From an uncultured Coriobacteriia bacterium (GTDB lineage Bacteria; Actinomycetota; Coriobacteriia; Anaerosomatales; JAAXUF01): a DNA stretch of 64,000 nt. Position numbers and translations under genes: made by a program. Under the pieces are notes generated by a model that saw only the letters and a list, made by a program, of their open reading frames with translations, had not been told where the DNA came from and searched no databases. Positions 29,493 to 39,525 of this stretch are shown piece after piece (within the stretch, counting starts at the first letter, position 1; every line of letters starts with the position of its first letter). The stretch is taken from the NCBI GenBank assembly GCA_963789515.1, contig CAWBKW010000002.1, forward strand, positions 510,464-574,463, in the 5' to 3' direction.

Positions 29493-29705
29493 CGGTGGTC
29501 TCCCTCTCAGGCCGTCCGGTCCGGCTGTTCTCCATTGCATCATAGTATGAGATGCTCCAGAGGTCGCATGGGGGACCGTTTGCGTCTTGAACCCCGCCCC
29601 GCTTGGCGTAGACTGATGCAGGTTTGCCTGTTCTCTATACATGCGCGGCACGTGCTACGCCGCCGCGTCTGACCGGATAGCCGAAGACTGAAAGGGAGTG
29701 CGCAC

Positions 29706-30822
29706 GTGATCGTTGGAGTGCCCAAGGAGATCAAGAACAACGAGTTCCGAGTGGGGATGACGCCGGGCGGCGCGCGCGAGTTCGTCGCGCACGGCCACAC
29801 GGTTCTCATCGAGAAGTCCGCCGGCGACGGTTCCTCGTTCACTGACGGGGAGTACCTCGGTGCCGGTGCAGAGCTCGTCGACACCGCCGATGAGGTCTTT
29901 GCTCGCGCCGACATGATCGTCAAGGTCAAGGAGCCGCAGGCGGTCGAGATCGAGCGGCTGCGCCCCGGGCAGATCCTCTACACCTACCTGCACCTCGCCC
30001 CCGACTACGAGCAGACCATGGGCCTCCTCGGCTCCGGCGCCGTGGGCATAGCGTACGAGACCGTCGAGCTTCCCAACCACTCGCTTCCGCTTCTGGCGCC
30101 CGATGTCCGAGGTCGCCGGCCGCATGGCCGCACAGGTGGGCGCGACGTACCTGCAGAAGCCGTTCGGCGGCCGTGGCGTGCTCATGGGCGGCGTACCCGG
30201 CGTGCTCCCGGCCAACGTGGTCGTGCTCGGCGCCGGGGTCGTCGGCATCAACGCCGCCTACATCGCGTGCGGCATGGGCGCCCACGTGAGCGTCCTCGAC
30301 GTCAGCCTGGATCGTCTGCGCTACATCGACGAGCTCTGGGGCAACCGCATGCGGACCATCTACTCGAGCAAGCACAACATCGAAGAGGCGGTCTACGCGG
30401 CCGACCTGGTCATCGGTGCTGTTCTGCTCCCGGGCGCCAAGACCCCGTACCTGATCACCAAGGACATGCTCCCCAACATGAAGCGCGGTTCGGTCGTCGT
30501 CGACGTCTCGGTCGACCAGGGTGGTTGCATCGAGACGACGCACGCCACGACACACGCCGATCCCACGTACTTCGTTGACGGCGTCCTGCACTACGGCGTC
30601 GCCAACATGCCCGGGGCCGTGCCGAACACCTCGACACTCGCTCTCACCAACGCCACTCTGCGCTACGGCCTCGCCATCGCCGACAAGGGCTGGAAGCAGG
30701 CTGTCGCAGATGACGCGTCCTTGGCCAAGGGCGTCAACATCCTTGAGGGCAAGGTCACCTACGCGCCGGTCGCCGAGGCGCTCGGTCTCGACTACACCTC
30801 ACTGGAGTCACTGATCGCGTAG
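29706..30822 (+). CDS. ald: alanine dehydrogenase; one apparent frameshift near 30100
   Basis: [40 protein letters not shown]… continues in another frame as …[28 protein letters not shown]… (NAD Rossmann motif) through …[10 protein letters not shown]…. Confidence 0.9.
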
Positions 30823-30851
30823 GACCGCCGTATCTTCCTGAGTCGCTCTCC

Positions 30852-30879
30852 GATGGCCGTCCCTTGCAGGGCGGCCATC
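30852..30879 (+). terminator. hairpin after ald (GATGGCCGtccc…gggCGGCCATC)
   Basis: The inverted repeat was read directly, 30 nt after the ald stop. Confidence 0.45.
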
Positions 30880-30967
30880 TGCGTTCACCGAGAACACGTT
30901 GCGCTTCGTCGTCCCTCGTCCTAACGTGGAGCTTGCCGAGGATTCTCGGCCTGGGGAGGGAGAGCCC

Positions 30968-33182
30968 ATGCTTGGCTTCGTAGGACTCATCGTCCAGATC
31001 GCGGCAGTCCTATTCGGAGTCCTCGTGCTGCTGTGGGTCGTTGGTTTCCGCGTGATCCGCAGCGACAAGGTTGCGGTCGTCGAGAAGTGGTGGAGCCTCA
31101 GGGGCTCGATCAAGGACGCCATCATCTCGTTGCACGGGGAGGCGGGGTATCAGCCCAACGTGCTGCGAGGCGGCATCCACTTCCGCTCGCCGCTCATGTA
31201 CAAGGTTCATGTCATGCCGCTCGTGACGATCTCGCAGGGCAAGATCGGCTACGTCTTCGCGCGTGACGGCGTTCCGCTCCCACCGGGGCAGACGCTGGGC
31301 AAGGTGATCCCCGGTAACACGTTCGAGGACGTCCGGGCGTACATGCAGGGCGGCGGCCAGCGGGGTCCGCAGCGCCAGATTCTCCGGGAAGGCACCTACG
31401 CGTTCAACTTGGCGCAGTTCATCATCATCACGGAGGCGCAGATCTACTACCTGCCGATGGGCTCGGCGGCAGACCAAAGCACGATCCAGATGATGGCCCA
31501 GCACCTGAACTCCGTCGACGGATTCAACCCCATCGTGATCAAAGGCGCCGACGACATGACCGGCATCATGACGGTCAACGACGGTCCCTCGTTGCCGATG
31601 GGTGACATCATCGCGCCTAACGTCGGCGACAAGCAGGGCGACCCCAACTACCACAACAACTTCCAGGACCCCGAGGCGTTCCTCGCCGGCGGGGGATTCC
31701 GCGGTCGCCAGTACCAGGTGCTCACGGAGGGCACGTACTTCGTCAACCGGCTCTTTGCCACGGTCGAGCTCATCAACAAGATCGTCGTACCGGTTGGCTA
31801 CGCGGGTGTCGTGGTCTCGTACTACGGCCCCAAGGGCGCCGACACGTCCGGTGAGGAGTACCGACATGGCGAGCTGGTCACCATGGGTAATCGCGGCGTG
31901 TGGAGCGAGCCGCTCATGCCGGGCAAGTACGCCTTCAACACGTATGCCGGCTCGATCAGCATGGTGCCGACCACCAATATCATCCTCAAGTGGATAGCCG
32001 GGCAGACCGGGGACCACAACTTCGACGAGAATCTCGCCGAGGTCAGCCTCATAACCAAGGATGCCTTCGAGCCGCTGCTGCCGCTCTCGGTGGTCATTCA
32101 CATCGACTACAAGAAGGCGCCACTCGTCATCCAGCGCTTCGGTGACATCAAGATGCTCGTCAACCAGACGCTCGACCCGATGGTCTCGGCGTACTTCAAG
32201 AACGTCGGGCAGACCAGAACGCTCATCGAACTGCTCCAGCAGCGCTCCGAGATTCAGGCCAAGTCGAGCGTGGAGATGAAGGAGCGCTTCGAGCACTACA
32301 ACCTTGAGCTCGAAGAGGTTCTCATCGGCACGCCCCACTCGGTTCCGGGGGATGACAAGATCGAGCAGATCCTCATGCAGCTCCGTGACCGGCAGGTCGC
32401 GGTCGAGAAGCTCGAGACCTATGAGAAGCAGCGCATCGCGGCGGACAAGGAGCGCGAGCTTCGGCAGGCGAACGCCGTTGCCCAGCAACAGACGGTGCTC
32501 ACCGAGTCCGAGATCAACATCAGCATCCAGGAGAACGCGGGCCGCGCGGAACTGCAGCGTGCGACTCAGGACGCCGAGCGCGTCAAGACGCTCGCCGGAG
32601 CAGACGCCGAGCGCGTCAAGCTGCTCGCCGGAGGCGAGGCCGAGCGGATCAGGCTCGTTGCCGCCGCCGATGCCGACAAGGAAGCGCGCGTGGGCGTCGG
32701 TCGCGCGATCGCCATCGAAGAACAGGTCCGCGCGTACGGCGGCCCGCAACTCCAGCTCATCCAGGAGGTCATGAACCGGCTCTCACAGGCCATCGAGACC
32801 GCCGGGATACCCATCGTCCCGCAGACCTACGTGCAGACCGGCGGTCAGGGCGAAGGAGAGGGTAGCCGGCGCCAACGCATTCGGACTGCTGATGACCCTT
32901 CTCGCCACCGAGAAGCTCCAGACCACCGGCGACCTCGCCCCAGCCGACCCCGAGCAGTCCCGTGCGGCTGCCGCCATACGAGCGAGCCTCCGCGACCAGA
33001 TCACCCGGGCGGTACCCGAAGCCGAGCAGCCTGAGCCGGTCCCAGCCTCGATGGCAGCGGAGAAGGCGAGCGGACCTGCCGAAAAGCCGCAGGCTCCCTC
33101 TCAAGACCCGGTCGCCGAGACGAAGTCCGGCCCAACGGATGCGGGCGCGAGCGCCGATGGCGGAGGTACCCCCACCGGGTAG
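30968..33182 (+). CDS. flotillin / SPFH (band-7) family membrane protein; apparent frameshift near 32862
   Basis: ATG 30968 with a GGGGAGGGAGAG RBS. MLGFVGLIVQIAAVLFGVLVLLWVVGF is the TM anchor. …KVAVVEKWWSL… is the SPFH domain. The long coiled-coil region has AERVK/AERIR repeats typical of YqiK-type flotillins. The C-terminal Pro/Glu/Ala-rich tail continues in frame 0 (…GANAFGLLMTLLATEKLQTTG…). Confidence 0.75.
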
Positions 33183-33246
33183 AACAGCAGCATCCGGAAG
33201 CGATGACCGTGGCGCCCCGCTGATTCATGCAGGGCGTCACGTGTGT

Positions 33247-33281
33247 GTCTTGGCGGTGAGGCCTGCGCCTATACTGGCGTC
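33247..33281 (+). promoter_or_regulatory. candidate promoter for leaderless xerD (-10 TATACT at 33270-75, weak -35 TCTTGG region)
   Basis: TATACT sits 6 nt upstream of the xerD ATG 33282, consistent with a leaderless transcript. Confidence 0.3.
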
Positions 33282-34187
33282 ATGAACTCCTACGTCGCCG
33301 AGTACCTGAGTCATCTGGCCGTCGAGCGCGGCTCTTCTCGGCACACCATCGCGGCCTACGGTCGCGATCTGAGTGACTACGTCGGGTTCCTCTCCGGCCG
33401 TGGCGTGGACGACCTCACGGCGGTCACACGAGACGACGTGACCGCCTTCGTGAGCGAGCTCTGGGACCGCGGGCTTGCGCCCAGCACGGTCGAGCGTCGC
33501 GTCGCGGCGGTCAAGGGCCTTCACAAGTTTCTGGTCCGGGAGGGGATCACCGACAACCACCCCACCGCCCGCCTGCCGCTCCCCAAGGTCCCCGAACGAT
33601 TGCCGGAGGTCGTCTCGATACACGACATCGACCGGCTGCTGGGGCAACCGTTCCCCGACTCACCGGCCGGGCTGCGCGACCGCGCTCTGCTCGAGACGCT
33701 GTACGGCTGCGGGCTCCGGGTGAGCGAGCTGACCGGACTCGATCTCTCGGGCCTCGACCTGTCGGCCGGCTACGTCAGGGTGCTCGGCAAGGGTGGAAAG
33801 GAGCGGATCGTGCCGATCGCCGGGATGGCCGTGCACGCCTTGGACGCCTACCTCAGACTCGGACGGCCCTCTCTGCACCCGAAGCACTCGGTTCGCGGGG
33901 TCGACACCTCCGCGGTGTTCGTGAACGTGCGTGGGACGCGCATCTCCCGGCAAGGCGTGTTCGGCATCGTCAGGGCGTACGGGGCACGAGTCGGTCTGAC
34001 CCTGCATCCGCACACACTGCGTCACTCCTTCGCCACCCACCTGCTGGAGGGAGGCGCGGATCTCCGCGCCCTGCAGGAGATGCTGGGGCATGCGGACATC
34101 ACCACGACGCAGGTCTACACACACGTCGATCGGCGCCACATCCGGGAGGAGTACCTCTCGACCCATCCTCGTGCCCGAGTTCGTTGA
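33282..34187 (+). CDS. xerD: site-specific tyrosine recombinase XerD (XerC/D family)
   Basis: MNSYVAEYLSHLAVERGSSRHTIAAYGRDLSDYVGFL… is the N-terminal SAM-like domain. …HTLRHSFATHLLEGGADLRALQEMLGHADITTTQVYTHV… is the catalytic R-H-R-Y region. It is chromosomal with no adjacent att or tRNA. Confidence 0.8.
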   Translation: MNSYVAEYLSHLAVERGSSRHTIAAYGRDLSDYVGFLSGRGVDDLTAVTRDDVTAFVSELWDRGLAPSTVERRVAAVKGLHKFLVREGITDNHPTARLPLPKVPERLPEVVSIHDIDRLLGQPFPDSPAGLRDRALLETLYGCGLRVSELTGLDLSGLDLSAGYVRVLGKGGKERIVPIAGMAVHALDAYLRLGRPSLHPKHSVRGVDTSAVFVNVRGTRISRQGVFGIVRAYGARVGLTLHPHTLRHSFATHLLEGGADLRALQEMLGHADITTTQVYTHVDRRHIREEYLSTHPRARVR

Positions 34188-34294
34188 GTTCCGGCGCACT
34201 GAGCCCGCGCTGGGAGGTTTTTCCGCCCCATTCGGCATGGGATGGGTAGAATGGTGGAGACAGTACAGTCCCAGTCCTGAGGAGGGAGATCTCT

Positions 34295-35358
34295 GTGAGA
34301 TCTAAGTGGGTCAAATACGCGGCCGCCGTGCTCGCCGTTGGTCTTGTCGGCGCCCTGATCGCAGGGTGCTCCGGCGGTTCCGGCAGCGGATCCGGCTCGA
34401 CCACCGAACCGAAGACCACCGTGAAGGCGGCCATGGTCACCGACATCGGCGGACTGGGGGACAAGTCCTTCAACGACCTGTCTGCGGCCGGTCTCGAGAA
34501 GGCTTCCGCGGAGCTGGGGGTTGAGACCAAGGTCGTGGAGTCCAAGGCTCCGACCGACTACGAGAGCAACCTGACGCAGCTCGCGAACGCGGGCTACAAT
34601 CCGATCTTCGCCGTTGGATTCCTGATGACCGATACGGTCACCAAGGTTGCAACGCGACCCCGGACGTGACCTACGGTGGCATCGACGAGTTCTTCGATCC
34701 CACGATCCCCAACGTCGTCGGCATCACCTTCAAGGAGGCGGAGGCCGGGTATCTCGCCGGCGTTCTTGCCGCTTCTCTGACCTCCCAGCCCACCCTCGAC
34801 CCGCGGATCAACGACAAGCTGATCATCGGGTTCGTCGGCGGCATGGAGATCCCGCCGGTTCAGGCGTACCAGGCCGGATACATCGCCGGCGCCAAGGCGA
34901 CCAATCCCGCCGTCGAAGTGAAGAGCATCTACACGGGCTCCTTCACCGACCAGCAGAAGGGCTTCGAGGCTGGCAAGGCGCTCATCGAGCAGGGCGCTGA
35001 CATCGTCTTCGCTGCTGCCGGTCAGACCGGGCTGGGTACCGCCAAGGCCTGCCAGGAGAACAAGGCGCTCTTCATCGGCGTCGACTCCGACCAGTTCCTG
35101 ACGATTCCGGCCATCGGCGACACCATCCTCACGTCCGCCGTCAAGAAGATCGACGTCGCGGTCTTCGAGACCATCAAGAAGGCGGTTGACGGCACCCTCA
35201 AGGGCGGCGTGAACGAGGCACTCGGAATCAAGGAAGACGCCGTTGGCCTTGCGCCGTACCACGATTGGGACGCCAAGGTCCCGGCCGAGACCAAGAAGCA
35301 GGTCGACGCTGCCAAGGTCGGAATTGCGGATGGCTCCATCACCGTTCCGAGCAAGTAG
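34295..35358 (+). CDS. BMP family (PnrA/TmpC-like, nucleoside-binding) ABC transporter substrate-binding lipoprotein; apparent frameshift near 34655
   Basis: GTG 34295 with a GAGGAGGGAG RBS. Signal peptide plus lipobox …LIAGCSGG. The genuine continuation …DVTYGGIDEFFDPTIPNVVGITFKEAEAGYLAGVLAAS… is in the next frame. Confidence 0.8.
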
Positions 35359-35445
35359 ACGGCAAAGCCGGATCACTTGTGAGCCGTTGAGTACACCAGG
35401 GGCGGCCGGCCGAGCCGGCCGCCCCTGACACGCAAGGGAGCCTTC

Positions 35446-37069
35446 ATGCCCGAGAGCCGAGTGCCCGTTCCCGAGACATCTTCTTCTGCCTGCGATGGGC
35501 GGACGCCGATCCTGCAGTCTCTCTCACGTCACCAAGCGGTTCCCGGGTGTTCTCGCCGTCGACGACGTCTCGCTCGACGTGCACTGTGGCGAGGTCGTCG
35601 CGCTGCTGGGCGAGAACGGGGCCGGGAAGTCGACCCTCATGAACGTCGCGTACGGGCTGCTCGGCGCCGATGCGGGTCAGATCGTCATCGACGGTGCGGT
35701 GGTCGAGGTCAAGGGCCCGCGCCAGGCGATCGACCTGGGCGTCGGAATGGTTCACCAGCACTTCATGCTGGTCGAGACACAGACGGTCACGGAGAACATC
35801 GTCCTAGGACTTGAGCCCACCAGGTTCGGCGTCATCGAGCGCGATCGGGCACGCGAAGAAGTCCTGCAGATATCGGAACGCTACGGCCTCAAGGTGGACC
35901 CGGACGCGCGCGTGATGGACCTCTCCGTAGGCATGCAGCAACGGGTCGAGATCCTCAAGGCGCTGTTCCGCAAGGCGCGCATCCTCATCCTCGACGAACC
36001 CACGGCGGTGCTGACGCCTCAGGAAGTACACGAGCTCTTCGAGATAGTCCGCCAGCTCGTGGACGAGGGCCTCGCGGTGGTGATCATCACCCACAAACTC
36101 GACGAGGTCATGGAGTTCTCTGACCGGATCGTGGCGATGAGGGCCGGGAGAGTGGTGGGGGAGACGAGACCCACCGAGACCGACGAGGCGGGGCTCGCCA
36201 AGATGATGGTCGGCCGTGACGTCGTGCTCAGAATCGACAAGCAGCCGTCGACGGCCGGGGCGCCCGTCCTCAAGATCACGGACCTTCATGTGGATGACGA
36301 CCGGAAGCTCGAGGCCGTACGCGGAATCTCGCTCGAGGTGCGAGAGGGCGAGATCGTGGGGATCGCCGGTGTCTCGGGCAACGGTCAGAGCGAGCTCATC
36401 GAATCCATCATCGGGCTGCGACGGCCGACCGCCGGCACCATCGTGCTCCGCGAGAAGGACATCACGCACGACGGACCGGCGAGTACCACCGCAGCAGGGG
36501 TGTCGGTGATACCCGAGGACCGCCAGAGGCGCGGGCTGGTCCTGGAGTTCGACCTGGTGGAGAATATCGCGCTCGGCGACCACCGAAGGGCTCCGTACTC
36601 ACATCGCGGACTTCTGGACCGCAAAGCGATGGAGGCCGTGGCCAAGAAGCGTATCGACGACTTCGATATTCGAACGCCGAGCGAGTTCGTGGCGGCCGCG
36701 AATCTCTCCGGCGGGAACCAGCAGAAGGTCGTCGTCGCCCGAGAGCTCGGCCGCGATCCGGAGTTGCTCATCGCCGGGCAGCCGACGCGTGGCCTTGACG
36801 TCGGCGCGATCGAGTTCGTACACCGGCAGATCCTCGCGGCGCGGGACAACAGGAAGGCCGTGCTGATGGTCAGCATGGAACTGGAGGAGATCCAGTCGCT
36901 CTCCGACCGCATCGTGGTCATGTTCGAGGGCCGGATCGTCGCCGAGTTCGTCGGTGGAACGGCTACCGAGGAAGAGCTTGGCTACTACATGACCGGCGGC
37001 GGGAAAGCCGACCGCGATGTCGACGAAGGAAGGGCCGTCTCCAACCTGCCGAGGGGTGAAAATGTCTGA
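35446..37069 (+). CDS. ABC transporter ATP-binding protein with duplicated ATPase domains (BMP/sugar-type); possible frameshift near 35520
   Basis: ATG 35446 has a strong AAGGGAG RBS, but the Walker A frame (…GENGAGKSTLMNV…) begins at 35495 in frame 2. There are two ABC domains and a second LSGG motif. The alternative start is ATG 35495. Confidence 0.8.
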
Positions 37070-38204
37070 CGCGATGCCACCCGTTGTCTCTTCGCCCGAT
37101 GGCATGGAGAAGAGGTTCGCTCTCGAGCGCGAGCGCAGTGACCGTCTCGTGCGGATCATCACGCCGTTCATCTCGGTCGTGATCGCCCTGTTGATCGGCT
37201 CGCTGTTCATCGTGGCGTCCGGGCACAGCCCGGTGGCGGCCTTCGCAGCACTCTGGCAGGGGGCGTTCGGGACCCAGAGAGCGATAGGGGAGACGCTGCT
37301 TCGTTCCACCCCACTGATCTTCACCGGCCTCGCGCTGGCCTACGGCTTCCGCTCAGGACTGTTCAACATCGGTGCCGAGGGCCAGCTGTTTCTCGGTGGG
37401 CTCGCTGCCGCGGTGGTCGGGCTGTACGTGGGCGGGATGTCGTGGTTCGTGTCGATACCGATCATCCTCTTCTCGGCGGCCCTTGCGGGTGCCGCTTGGG
37501 CGTTCATTCCGGCCCTGATGAAGGCCAGGATCGGAGCCAACGAGGTCATCACCACGATGATGTTCAGCTACATCGGGCGCTACTTCGTCTCGTGGGTCAT
37601 CAACGGGCCGATGAAGGACAAGGGCGGAATACCCCAGACGCCGCAACTGCCGCCCAACTCGATCCTGCCGCGGCTCAATGTGCTTCTGACATTCCTGAAG
37701 CCGACGCGGGCACACACGGGGATACTGCTCGCGGTGCTGGTGGCCGTCCTGGTGTGGGCTGCGCTCAAGTACACGACGCTCGGCTACGAGGCGCGAGCCG
37801 TGGGATTCAACCCGTTCGCGTCATCGGCCGGCGGTATCTCGGTCTCCTCCACCATCATCAAGTCCCTGTGCATCTCCGGCGCGCTTGCCGGACTGGCCGG
37901 TGCGGTCGAGGTGATGGGTGTCTACGGCAGGCTGTTCGACAGCTTCTCCAACGGGTTCGGCTTCACGGGGATCGCGGTGGCGCTTCTGGCGAAGAACAAC
38001 CCCATCGGCGTGATACCGGCGGCGCTTCTGTTCGGTGCGCTCTCTGCCGGTGCGGGGACGATGCAGCTCGAGGCCGACGTGTCCCAGCAGGTCGTCGCCA
38101 TCATCCAAGGGATCATCATCTTCCTCATCGCGGCCGAGTCGATCGTGCCGTGGGCACTGGAACGGTGGCGCAAGCGGAAGGTGGTGAGCCCCGTTGCTGT
38201 CTAG
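37062..38204 (+). CDS. ABC transporter permease (BMP-system, first)
   Basis: ATG 37062 with a GAGGGGTGAAA RBS, overlapping the ATPase stop. About 10 TM helices. Confidence 0.8.
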   Translation: MSDAMPPVVSSPDGMEKRFALERERSDRLVRIITPFISVVIALLIGSLFIVASGHSPVAAFAALWQGAFGTQRAIGETLLRSTPLIFTGLALAYGFRSGLFNIGAEGQLFLGGLAAAVVGLYVGGMSWFVSIPIILFSAALAGAAWAFIPALMKARIGANEVITTMMFSYIGRYFVSWVINGPMKDKGGIPQTPQLPPNSILPRLNVLLTFLKPTRAHTGILLAVLVAVLVWAALKYTTLGYEARAVGFNPFASSAGGISVSSTIIKSLCISGALAGLAGAVEVMGVYGRLFDSFSNGFGFTGIAVALLAKNNPIGVIPAALLFGALSAGAGTMQLEADVSQQVVAIIQGIIIFLIAAESIVPWALERWRKRKVVSPVAV

Positions 38205-39198
38205 CATCGTCACCCCGGACCTCTTCGCGGCGGCCATTCGGCTCGCCACCCCGATCGCTCTGGCGGCCATCGGCGCATCGATCTGCGAGCGCTCGGGCGT
38301 GGTCAACATCGCCATGGAAGGGCTCATGCTCGTCGGCGCGTTCGGTGGGGTGATGGGGGCGCTGCTCACCGGATCGCTCTGGGTGGGTGTCGCAGCGGCG
38401 CTGGTCGCCTCGTGCCTCTTCGCCTCGCTCCACGCTTTCGCGTCCATCAACCTTCGGTCTGATCAGGTCGTCTCGGGAACCGCGATCAACATCCTCGCTA
38501 TCGGGGTCACCGGCTTCCTGATCGAGATGATCTTCGGGCGCCCGGGAAACGTAGGCGTCAGCGACAGCGTCATGGCCGAGCAGGTCCTCGGTCATCCGGT
38601 GAGGACCGTGTCCACGATCAAGCCGGTCTTCAGCTTCCCGGCCGGGGGACCCGGATTCCTCGGCACCGTGTGGACGTGGATCAACACGATCTTCTTCAGC
38701 TACACGCCTATCGTGTACGCGGGCATCTTCTTCGCGATCTTCCTGACATGGGCGATGTTCCGAACACGGTGGGGATTGCGCCTTCGGGCGTTGGGCGAGC
38801 ATCCCCGCGCCGCCGACACCGTCGGCATCAATGTGGTCGCAGGCCGCTGGTTCGCGGTTCTCGTCTCAGGGTTCATGGCCGGTCTGGCAGGCGCCAACCT
38901 TTCGCTCGAGCAGGTCGGGGGCTTCTCGGACTCCATGACCAACGGCCGCGGGTTCATCGCGCTGGCTGCCAACATCTTCGGGCGCTGGATCCCCGGCGGC
39001 GCGTATCTGGCCTCGCTCCTGTTCGGGTTCGCCGACGCGCTCCAGCTGAAGCTTCAACTCTTCAGCAGCACCATCAGGATCCCGCCGCAGTTCTTCCTCA
39101 TGCTGCCCTACGTGCTGACCGTCATCGTGCTCGCAGGCGTCGTGGGTCGCGCCGTCGCGCCCGCCGCGCTCGGTAAGCCGTACAAGGCCAAGGGCTAG
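38194..39198 (+). CDS. ABC transporter permease (BMP-system, second)
   Basis: TTG 38194 overlapping the upstream stop. A polytopic membrane protein paralogous to the previous permease. Confidence 0.8.
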   Translation: MLSSIVTPDLFAAAIRLATPIALAAIGASICERSGVVNIAMEGLMLVGAFGGVMGALLTGSLWVGVAAALVASCLFASLHAFASINLRSDQVVSGTAINILAIGVTGFLIEMIFGRPGNVGVSDSVMAEQVLGHPVRTVSTIKPVFSFPAGGPGFLGTVWTWINTIFFSYTPIVYAGIFFAIFLTWAMFRTRWGLRLRALGEHPRAADTVGINVVAGRWFAVLVSGFMAGLAGANLSLEQVGGFSDSMTNGRGFIALAANIFGRWIPGGAYLASLLFGFADALQLKLQLFSSTIRIPPQFFLMLPYVLTVIVLAGVVGRAVAPAALGKPYKAKG

Positions 39199-39222
39199 TC
39201 CGAGAGGGACTCGCCGACAACG

Positions 39223-39525
39223 TCAGACAGAGGGGCCTTCCTCGTCATCGGGGAAGGCCTCACGCTCTTCAGGCGCTCCGTCGGCGTCCGGAGGGATCGC
39301 TCGCAGCCTGCCCACCGCCACGATCACGACGACGACCATCAGCAGGAGCACGAGGTCCATCGGCATCTCAGGTCGCCAGCTCCCGCGCAGCAGTGAGCGC
39401 ACTACATACAGGCAGGCAACGATGACGGGCACCGACCACAGCGGGAGCCGCACACTCGGTCTTGGAAGCACGACGGTGTCTCTCTCCTCGGTCGGTCTAC
39501 TCGGCCGGAGTAGCGGATTCCTCAT
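39223..39525 (-). CDS. small membrane protein (two TM helices plus an acidic C-terminal tail), hypothetical
   Basis: From ATG 39525: MRNPLLRPSRPTEERDTVVLPRPSVRLPLWSVPVIVACLYVV…MDLVLLLMVVVVIVAVGRLRAIPPDADGAPEEREAFPDDEEGPSV. No clear RBS. It overlaps the 3' end of the upstream gene in another frame. ATG 39366 is the alternative start. Confidence 0.3.
   Translation of the reverse strand: MRNPLLRPSRPTEERDTVVLPRPSVRLPLWSVPVIVACLYVVRSLLRGSWRPEMPMDLVLLLMVVVVIVAVGRLRAIPPDADGAPEEREAFPDDEEGPSV

Noticed and set aside
33282-34187. A tyrosine recombinase as a possible prophage or integrative-element integrase.
   Set aside because: The N-terminal XerD-type SAM-like domain, the conserved position after pyrG as in mycobacteria, and the absence of a flanking tRNA, direct repeats or phage genes all point to chromosomal XerD.
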